Source: Alphaproteobacteria bacterium (GTDB lineage Bacteria; Pseudomonadota; Alphaproteobacteria; UBA828). From it: a stretch of DNA of 64,000 nt. Made by a program: the position numbers and the translations under genes. The notes below the pieces were generated by a model, which saw only the letters and a list, made by a program, of their open reading frames with translations, was not told where the DNA came from and did no database searches. This document shows positions 56,996 through 64,000 of this stretch, piece after piece; the stretch's first letter is position 1; each line of letters begins with the position of its first letter. The DNA is taken from NCBI GenBank assembly GCA_965214705.1, contig OZ243972.1, positions 4,064,001-4,128,000 of the forward strand, written 5' to 3'.

Positions 56996-58590
56996 GGTGT
57001 CGCTCCTCCGTTGTTGCCGTAGTACTCGCCACCGCGGATGTTGCCGTGGCTGGGGATGGTCTCGTCGGGCTCGGGGCGCGGCCGATCGGGCTCGCCGCCG
57101 CCGTTCTTGAGGCGCTCCCTGAGGAAGCCTGAGGCGAGGCGGTTGAGGTCGAGGGCCTCGGCGCAGAGCACGTCGAGGCGCTCGGCACCGTGATCGTCAG
57201 CGAGCTGGATCATGCCCTTCACGGTGGCGAAGGCTTGTTCCGGGAAGTCGCGCGAGGCGTAGCATCGCTCGGCCCAGGCCAGGGCATTGGCTCCGATGCG
57301 GCGCGCCTGATCGAGCAGGATGTCGCCGTAGTCGGGGCGGCGGATATCGCAGACCGCCCGGTGGTTCTCCGGCATGTGCTCGGGGGTGGTGGCGTACTGG
57401 TTGCGCCCGGCCTTGCGGCGATGGACAGCGATGCGCTCGCCGCCGCGTTCGAGGAACACCTCGACCATGCGTTCACCGGCGCGGACGTCGACCTGGCGGC
57501 CGATGTAGCGCTCCGGCACGGAGTAGTGATTGTGCTCGAGGCGGACGTGGCAGTTCGGCCCGACCTTGCGCTCGACCCACTCTCCCCACTCCCAGGGGTG
57601 AGCCGGCAGGGCGGTCAGGGCCGTCCGCTCGTTCGCCTCGAAGAGCGCGCGGCGGCTCTCGCCGTGCTTGGCCATGGGGGCATCGTTGAGGCGGTCGAGC
57701 GCGCGGCGGATCGCGGCGTTCATGGTGTCGAGAGAGAAGAAGGTCTGGTGGCGCAGCGTCAGCAGGATGCGCGTCTGGACGATCTTGACGCAGCCCTCGA
57801 CCAGCCCCTTGTCGGTGGCCCGGTACTTGCGCGCAGGCAGCACCGCGATCTCGTAGTGCCGTGCGAACTCCCGGAAGCTCGGATTGAGCCGGATATCGTC
57901 GCGGTCGGGATCGTCCACGCCCGACTTGAGGTTGTCGATGATCCACCGGCGGGGGGAGCCGCCGAAGTACTCGAGCGCGCGCCGGTGCGCCATGGTCCAG
58001 TGGCGCACCGTCTGGTCGGGGACCGCCTCGGCGTAGATCAGGTTCGAATGGGCCAGGACCGCGACGAAGATCTCCACGTCGGTCTCGCCGCGCCCGGTGC
58101 GAAGGGCCAGCGTCTTGCCGGAGAAGTCCGCCATCCCGTACAGCCCGGGCTCGTAGTCGAAGTGCATCTGCGCCGAGCCGCCGCAGCTGCCCTGGTGCGC
58201 CTTCAGGCGCGCGCAAAACTGGCTGTAGCTGTACGCCTTCCCGCCCTGGGCCTGGGCCTCGTCGCGGTACTCCTCCCAAAGCGTGCGACGCGTCGCACGC
58301 ACCCGGCGCCGCTTGCGCTTGGCTCGAAGCTCACGGAGCACATCATCCCAGTCCGGCTGCGCATACCCGCTCTCGCGCGGCGCCGGCGGATACAGGCGCG
58401 CGCGCAGCCCGTCATCGTCGAGATCGGACGGCAACGGCCATGACAGGCCCGCCGCCTGCGCGCGCTCCAGAACGTTCGATACCGTCCCCGCGCTCACGCT
58501 CACGGCCACCGCGATCTCCGCCCGGGGCAAGCCCAGGTCGTGATGGTGCCGAAGGATGTCCCTGATGCTCATGGTGTCGATCCTCTTCAT
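56992..58590 (-). CDS. istA: IS21 transposase IstA
   Basis: GLSWPLP, YSYSQFC, ADFSG, IDNLKSGV, DKGLVE, HYSVP. Confidence 0.94.
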   Translation of the reverse strand: MKRIDTMSIRDILRHHHDLGLPRAEIAVAVSVSAGTVSNVLERAQAAGLSWPLPSDLDDDGLRARLYPPAPRESGYAQPDWDDVLRELRAKRKRRRVRATRRTLWEEYRDEAQAQGGKAYSYSQFCARLKAHQGSCGGSAQMHFDYEPGLYGMADFSGKTLALRTGRGETDVEIFVAVLAHSNLIYAEAVPDQTVRHWTMAHRRALEYFGGSPRRWIIDNLKSGVDDPDRDDIRLNPSFREFARHYEIAVLPARKYRATDKGLVEGCVKIVQTRILLTLRHQTFFSLDTMNAAIRRALDRLNDAPMAKHGESRRALFEANERTALTALPAHPWEWGEWVERKVGPNCHVRLEHNHYSVPERYIGRQVDVRAGERMVEVFLERGGERIAVHRRKAGRNQYATTPEHMPENHRAVCDIRRPDYGDILLDQARRIGANALAWAERCYASRDFPEQAFATVKGMIQLADDHGAERLDVLCAEALDLNRLASGFLRERLKNGGGEPDRPRPEPDETIPSHGNIRGGEYYGNNGGATP

Positions 58591-58834
58591 TGGGGCCCTG
58601 CCTCCTCGAGTCGATCGATGGATCGATGAGGCTGAGCCGGGAGAGGATCGGCGCGTCTGGAAACATGGGTGTCGGTGGCGCCCGCAGGGCGATCGGGCCG
58701 GGCCTCTGACCCGGCCTCCGGCGGTCAAATCACGCCGGAATCACGGTCAGATGTCGCCAGAACTGCGGTCAAATAAAATCAGAATGGCGGTCAGATAAAT
58801 TCAGAACTGCGGTCAAATGAGGCCAGATTTTGCA

Positions 58835-58986
58835 GCCACTTTTCCGAATCTCGCCGCCACCTCGCCATCGACTAGGCCGAAGATTTTCGAATTACTCGGC
58901 CTTTCGGTCTTTACCCGGCTGAGTACTATCTCCGATCCGGTGCCTTGGGAAAGAGGCACTTTGAATTCCAGCCGATCAGCTAATTC
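58835..58986 (-). pseudogene. Upstream fragment of the DUF4435-like gene, cut again by the IS66-like end
   Basis: ELADRLEFKVPLSQGTGSEIVLSRVKTERPSNSKIFGLVDGEVAARFGKVA. Confidence 0.55.
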
Positions 58987-58987
58987 G

Positions 58988-60585
58988 GTAAGAGGGGCAA
59001 ATCCTGGGATGAAGCGGCGTGGTTCCGGCTTTGAGGTCCGGTTTGGGCAGGACCTCAGATGGCCTGCGGAGCGAGCACTGGGCCAGCGGTCGGTCGCTGG
59101 CGCGCGAGGTCGGGGAGCCAGGGGACACTTTCGGCACCTGGGATGCCCAGGCGGTCACCGAGGTAGTTCCAGAATGAGATGCCGTGGCGGGCACAGGTCT
59201 TCATGTGGGTGAGGAAGGCGTCGCGGCAGGCACGGCCTTGATCCGAGCGGGTTCCGCCCGAGACCTTGCGGCGGACGACACAGACGCGAAGGTCGTTCTC
59301 GGTACCGTTGGTGTGGGCCGGCACGTCGGGACGGTCGAGCACGGCGAGCAGCTTGTCGCGGTTGGCGAGGGTGCGCCCGATCTGCTCGTCGAGCAGGCGG
59401 TAGCCGGTGCCGGTCCGGAAGGTGCGCGCGAAGCTGCGCTCGACGACGGCGCGTCTGCGCGGACTTGGCTGGCGGCAATAGGCGCCAAGCAGCCGGTACG
59501 TCCGCCAGATGCCGCCGCGCACCTGATCGACGGCCGCACGGCTGGCGTCGCTCCAGACCGGCAACGTGCGATAGAGCCTCTCGGCATGGATCCAGCACAG
59601 GAACTGGTGCAGGCCGAGGTCGAACTGGCCGGCGTCGTCGCTCAGGATGGCGCTGTCCTCGCGCAGCAGGCCATGGGCGAACAGACAGCCGAGCCGGGCG
59701 CCCTCGGTGGCGAGGAGCCGGGCCCTGGGGGCGTCGATCCCGAGCCCGTCGAGGAACGCCATCCACAGCTCAGGCCCGTCAAACCGACTACCGGCATGCC
59801 CCCTCAACGCGTCAAGCGCCCGACGCGGCATGCTGTGGCTCTCCATGTGCCGGAACGCTTCATCGTTCAGCACGTACTCGTCGAGGGCGCCGCACATCGT
59901 GTCGAGGAAGCTCAGACGGCTCTTCGACCCCGTCGTTCCGAACCAGCCGAAGCAATCGTTGCCGATCGAGATGCAATAGCCGTTGCGCCCTTGATGGCGC
60001 GCGCCAGTGTCGTCGACCGAGATCCAGGCCGCCCCCTCAAGACCCGCCTTCAGTATCTCCGCCGCCTCGCCGACGAACGGTTCCCTGTTCCCGGTCAGCA
60101 GGCGCCGCACCTGACGCTCCGAGATGTCGAGGCCGATCGCATCGAGCAGGCCGGCGATGCGCGGGATCGTGCTCTGGCCCTGGTGGTAGAGCATCAGCAC
60201 GAAGCGATGCAGTTCCAGGTTGAAGCCGCCGATCACGCCGTCGGGCAGCTCAGCGACGATGATGCGCCCATCCGGCGTCACCACGCGCTCGCGCTGAAAG
60301 ACGACGTTGTGGACTTCGAGTTCCAGCAGTTGGGCGTGATAATCCTGATAGTCTTTGTGGACCGAGCCCTCGGGCGCGTCCTCTACGCAGACGACCACGC
60401 GCTTCGCGTCCTTGCGGCCCTGCTTGGGGCCTCGCCGCTTCTTCGAGGCGCCCGAAGAGCGTCGGCCTCCCTCCAGGCCCTTGCCGCCCGAGCCCTTGCC
60501 GTCTCCGTCGCCCGCGCCCGGTTTGATATCCGGCTTGCCGGGCAACCTCTTGAGTTGGCGGATCTCGGCCTTGAGCATCTCGATC
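58988..60585 (-). mobile_element. IS66-like element remnant with 5'-truncated transposase (stop at 59055)
   Basis: GTAA end at 58988; LKAEIRQLK, SVDDTGARH, SDDAGQF, LCWIHAER, HTNGTENDLR, RKVSGGTRS; no intact start or second end. Confidence 0.75.
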
Positions 60586-60977
60586 GTTAAGGTGTGAGTC
60601 CATAATCGAATTCTGTGGAGTGAGTCATCGATTGCGGCGGGTCGCTTTATCTCCTGATTACGTGCCATACTACAGTTAGTTGTGCGGTTATGCAAGTGGT
60701 ATATGGCGGTTGTGGGCTGATATAAAAATTCAGACCATCGGAGGCTCAGTTGCAATCTGGGAACTAAAGGCGTATGTCTGGGAAGATGGATCTGTCGTTG
60801 CGGAGGAGTTGCGGTGGAAACACGCTTGTATAGAGGCGACAAGGCGATGGCGTGTCGCGGCGTATCGGGATGGCAGCGTCTCATCTACATTATATGGAGA
60901 AATACAGGTGGTTGTGGCCGGAATGCGGGCTTGGGGAGGGGTTCCACACGGTGTCGCACTGCCTCCGGGGCGCTCTC

Positions 60978-61361
60978 ATGAGGCGCAGGCTGGCGGAGCG
61001 CCGCACACAGCACGCGGTGATGGCGACCGCGAGCGAATGGGCACGCATCCGCGAACTCGCGGCCGACGCGGGCATGGATCTCTCGCGCTACATCGTGCAC
61101 AGGGCGACCGTGGCAGACCCGCTGCCCGATACCGTTCTGCGCCGCGCGGTACGCGAGCTTCTGCTGCTCGCGAAGATCGAGGAACGGCGCATGGCCGACA
61201 TGGGGCTGGAGGAGCACTGGAAGGCGCTCGGCGATGCCGTCGATGCGTGGCTCGACCGGGAGGCGGAGCTCGACCGGCTGACCGATCCAGGTGCTGCCGA
61301 ACGCTGGCGCGCGGTCTCGGTGAGCGCCGATCCCGAGGGCGGCCCCGTGCCGCAGCCCTGA
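60978..61361 (+). CDS. Ribbon-helix-helix protein 1 (MobC-like)
   Basis: HAVMATASEWARIRELAADAGMDLSRYIV. Confidence 0.75.
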   Translation: MRRRLAERRTQHAVMATASEWARIRELAADAGMDLSRYIVHRATVADPLPDTVLRRAVRELLLLAKIEERRMADMGLEEHWKALGDAVDAWLDREAELDRLTDPGAAERWRAVSVSADPEGGPVPQP

Positions 61362-61364
61362 GCG

Positions 61365-61685
61365 ATGGGGAACGTGGTGCGCCGCACGCTGCGCTGCAGC
61401 CGGGCCGAGAGGGCCGAGATCAGGGAACGCGCGACCGCGCTCGGCATGCCGGTCTCGGGATACCTGGTCGCCTGCGCGCTGCACGAGGATGCGGGTGGGC
61501 CACGCCAGGACGAGCCGCGGCTGGTATTGTCGGAAGAACAGCAGCGGACCCTGTACGAGCGGGTGGAGGAGATGGACCGGGTGCGCCGTGCGCTGGGGGA
61601 GTCGCTGTCGGGCACCGGCCTTTCCGTGTTCGGCGCGATCGCCTTCATACAGCGCGCGATCCAGTCGCGCCGGAGCGGCCCGTGA
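61365..61685 (+). CDS. Ribbon-helix-helix protein 2 (MobC-like)
   Basis: RTLRCSRAERAEIRERATALGMPVSGYLVACAL...LVLSEEQQRTL. Confidence 0.78.
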   Translation: MGNVVRRTLRCSRAERAEIRERATALGMPVSGYLVACALHEDAGGPRQDEPRLVLSEEQQRTLYERVEEMDRVRRALGESLSGTGLSVFGAIAFIQRAIQSRRSGP

Positions 61686-62128
61686 TGGCGGAGCGCAGCG
61701 CAGCGCCCCGGGCGCGGATTGCGATCTCGTGTCTGGAGTCCGAGTGGGAGCGGATCCGCGAGGTCGCGGAGAGCCGGGACGTGTCCATCAACGACCACGT
61801 GATCTCCGCGGGGCTGAACGTGCAGCTCGACCCCGCGCAGGCGAACGCGCCGGCCCTGGCGCTGAGCGAGGCGGAACAGCGCCGGCTGCTCGACCGTGTG
61901 GACCGCCTGGCCGAGAGCATGCTGTCGACGGCCTCCGGAGGGTCGATCGAACGGCTGCGGCAGTCGGTCGAGCTGCTGCTCATGACGACGTTGGACGACC
62001 TCGTACTGCAGAGCCGGGAGCACGAGCTCGGGCCGCTGCTCGTGGCGGTGTTCGGCCCGGACGCCGGGCCGGTGGTCGAGCGGCAGTTCCGGGACTGGAT
62101 GGCGCGCAAGCCGCCGCTGCTCGGTTGA
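61685..62128 (+). CDS. Ribbon-helix-helix protein 3 (MobC-like)
   Basis: IAISCLESEWERIREVAESRDVSINDHVI...LALSEAEQRRLL; TGATG overlap. Confidence 0.75.
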   Translation: MAERSAAPRARIAISCLESEWERIREVAESRDVSINDHVISAGLNVQLDPAQANAPALALSEAEQRRLLDRVDRLAESMLSTASGGSIERLRQSVELLLMTTLDDLVLQSREHELGPLLVAVFGPDAGPVVERQFRDWMARKPPLLG

Positions 62129-62226
62129 GCGACGCTGCGATCGTCCTCGGACGCGTCCCCGGCAAGCAGCTTGAACGGATATCCGAACATGCTCTCTCTG
62201 GAGGCAGCGGTGCAGGCCTGACTGGC

Positions 62227-64000
62227 TCACATGCCGATCCCCCCGCCGCGGGAGTGCTCGAGGCCCTGTTTCAGGGTCTGCTCCCGCACCTCCTTCTGCG
62301 GGTCGAGTTCGGCCTCGCGCCGGGTCTCGTCGGACCACGCGGCGCGGTAGCAGCCGCGCGCGGTGACCTCGTCTGCGGTGCGCCGGATCGAGGCGCCGGG
62401 CTCCGGCGCTTCGGGACCTGAGGCGTGGATCACCCGCAGCCCCAACTCGTGCTCGTCGGCGATCTCGATCCGCGTGGCGACCACGGCCTCGACCGTCCGC
62501 ACCGCTTCGTTCCGGCCGACAGCCTCGGTCCAGGCGATGCGGTCGCCCGCGACGGGTTCGGGACAGGCGAAGCGGCATCCGGCGCTGGGCACGGAGTACT
62601 GCCGGGCGGCTTCCAGCTGCCTGAGCCCCTCGTCGGACCACTCGGCACGGACGCATCTGACGTCCCGCAGAGCCCGCGCATGGATCTCTACGATCCGGCC
62701 TGCGTCGTCAAGAGCGGGCCCGTCCGCCGGCTGCACGATTCTCACCAACAGCGTGTCGTTCGCGCGCACGCCGCCCGTCTCCCCCGGAAACGCCACCGCC
62801 CCTTGGTGCACCGTGCCGCCAGCGCGCCAGGCGATGCGGTCGCCCGCGACCAGCGGCTCGTCGCCGGTCCACGCCGTCCATTGCTCCGGCGTCGGCGAGC
62901 GGGCGAGCCAGGCGGTCTCCCGCCCGATGGCCGCCCTCACGACCGGCCGGCACGCGGCCTCGCGGAGGGTCTCGCGGAGACCGGCCGTGTCGACATACTG
63001 CTGCTGCGACGCGGTAAGCTTCAGCGCCGAGGCAAGGTCCTCCTTCCAGTTCCGGTCGCGGTCGAGCCACTTGGCCGCCTCATGACGTGCCGCTTCCGGC
63101 AAGGCCGCGCGGCTCGCGAGGGTTTGCGCCATCTCCGTCGCGCGGCCGTAGCCCTCGGCGTGCAGTGGCAGCGTTTCCTGCCGCCTGGCTCGCCGCTCGA
63201 CCGTAGCCGCAAGCTTTTGGAACTCCGCGACCTCGTCGCGCAGCTCCAGGGTCTCCAACCGGTTCAGCACCTCCCGGACACGGCCCTGAAGCCGCGGCAT
63301 GTCGGCAAGCCTGGCTGCGGCCAGCATCTCCCGGGTGTCGGCCGGCGACTCTCCCAGAAGATGAAGGGCGGTCTCGCGAAGCTCCCGCGAGCGTTCCCGC
63401 CAGACCGGGACCGCATCCGGGGATGGAGGCTCGACGATGCCGCGCCCTTCGTCCAGCGCCGCGCGCCGATCCAAGTGCCGGGTACCCTCTTCGAGGAAAG
63501 CGTTGACGGGGGCGATCTCGGCCTCCACGCGGGCAGCACGGGCAAGCACCTCATCGACCGCCTCCCGCGCGTCCGGCGCGAGGCCCGCTTCGCCCCGAAG
63601 CGCCTCGGCGCGATCCCGCAAGTTCCCCCATGCCGGCAAGTCGACCGGATCGCAGCGCGCCTCGAGGCCCTGCCGGGTGACGGTCCCGCTGAGTTCCATG
63701 AACGCCCGTGAACGGAGCCCTTGAACTTCCGCCCCCAGCGCGTCCACGGCATCGCGCACTTGTTCGCGTTCGTCGGCTGCGCGGGACAGGCGCGCACGCG
63801 CCGGATCGTCGAGCTTCGCTCCCTCGCCCTCGCCGAGCAGCCGCAGTCCCTCGCGGCGAAGCTTTTCAGCCGCGTCGATCCGCGGGTCCAGGTCTTGCGC
63901 CGCAGGCACGACCTCCTCCAGGCGATGCCGGCAGTCCCGCAGAAACGCCTCGATGCGGCGCCCGGCCTCAAGGTCATCCGGAGTGAGTCGTTGCACCGTT
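62227..64000 (-). CDS. C-terminal part of a large protein, probably a conjugative relaxase (5' end outside window)
   Basis: Open frame of at least 589 aa, helical repeats, two VAGDRIAW repeats, tail QGLEHSRGGGIGM resembling relaxase tails; catalytic domain not visible. Confidence 0.5.
   Translation of the reverse strand, partial: TVQRLTPDDLEAGRRIEAFLRDCRHRLEEVVPAAQDLDPRIDAAEKLRREGLRLLGEGEGAKLDDPARARLSRAADEREQVRDAVDALGAEVQGLRSRAFMELSGTVTRQGLEARCDPVDLPAWGNLRDRAEALRGEAGLAPDAREAVDEVLARAARVEAEIAPVNAFLEEGTRHLDRRAALDEGRGIVEPPSPDAVPVWRERSRELRETALHLLGESPADTREMLAAARLADMPRLQGRVREVLNRLETLELRDEVAEFQKLAATVERRARRQETLPLHAEGYGRATEMAQTLASRAALPEAARHEAAKWLDRDRNWKEDLASALKLTASQQQYVDTAGLRETLREAACRPVVRAAIGRETAWLARSPTPEQWTAWTGDEPLVAGDRIAWRAGGTVHQGAVAFPGETGGVRANDTLLVRIVQPADGPALDDAGRIVEIHARALRDVRCVRAEWSDEGLRQLEAARQYSVPSAGCRFACPEPVAGDRIAWTEAVGRNEAVRTVEAVVATRIEIADEHELGLRVIHASGPEAPEPGASIRRTADEVTARGCYRAAWSDETRREAELDPQKEVREQTLKQGLEHSRGGGIGM

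Larger units (their letters stand above)
55896..58834 (-). mobile_element. IS21-family insertion sequence (second, no cargo)
   Basis: TIRs TGCGGATTCCGGTTCATTTGACCGC / TGCAAAATCTGGCCTCATTTGACCGC; repeated TGACCG boxes; 6-bp TSD GCCACT. Confidence 0.92.

Noticed and set aside
1-64000. tRNA, rRNA, integron cassette array, TnpB/IscB or reverse transcriptase genes
   Set aside because: No supporting motifs seen by eye; tRNAscan, Infernal and IntegronFinder would be needed to exclude them formally.

Overview
GC-rich window, probably from an alphaproteobacterial conjugative plasmid or ICE, heavily invaded by mobile DNA. Left (1.9-15.4 kb): a restriction-like defence operon (XRE-SNF2 helicase-DUF3883, DUF1156 adenine methyltransferase, DUF499 ATPase) with six closely coupled accessory genes between helicase and methylase. 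Middle: three different recombinase-in-trio (RIT) elements, two IS91-like HUH transposase + tyrosine recombinase elements and a second IS1634 copy, all inserted in a backbone of DUF2493/SLOG, Toprim, ssb and ribbon-helix-helix genes. Right: a stack of IS110, DUF4338-ISAs1 and cargo-carrying IS21 elements inside one small gene, a membrane protein + TIR cassette between 18-bp inverted repeats, a second IS21, IS5/IS3/IS66 remnants, three tandem RHH genes and the 3' end of a relaxase-like gene. Most striking: all three RITs share the same end architecture (83-bp ends with three binding sites, 6-bp cores, and a 20-bp AGCT-centred palindrome at the ritA end), and the IS110 non-coding end carries guide-like matches to its own target and donor junction. 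Family names come from motif recognition by eye; no database search was run.
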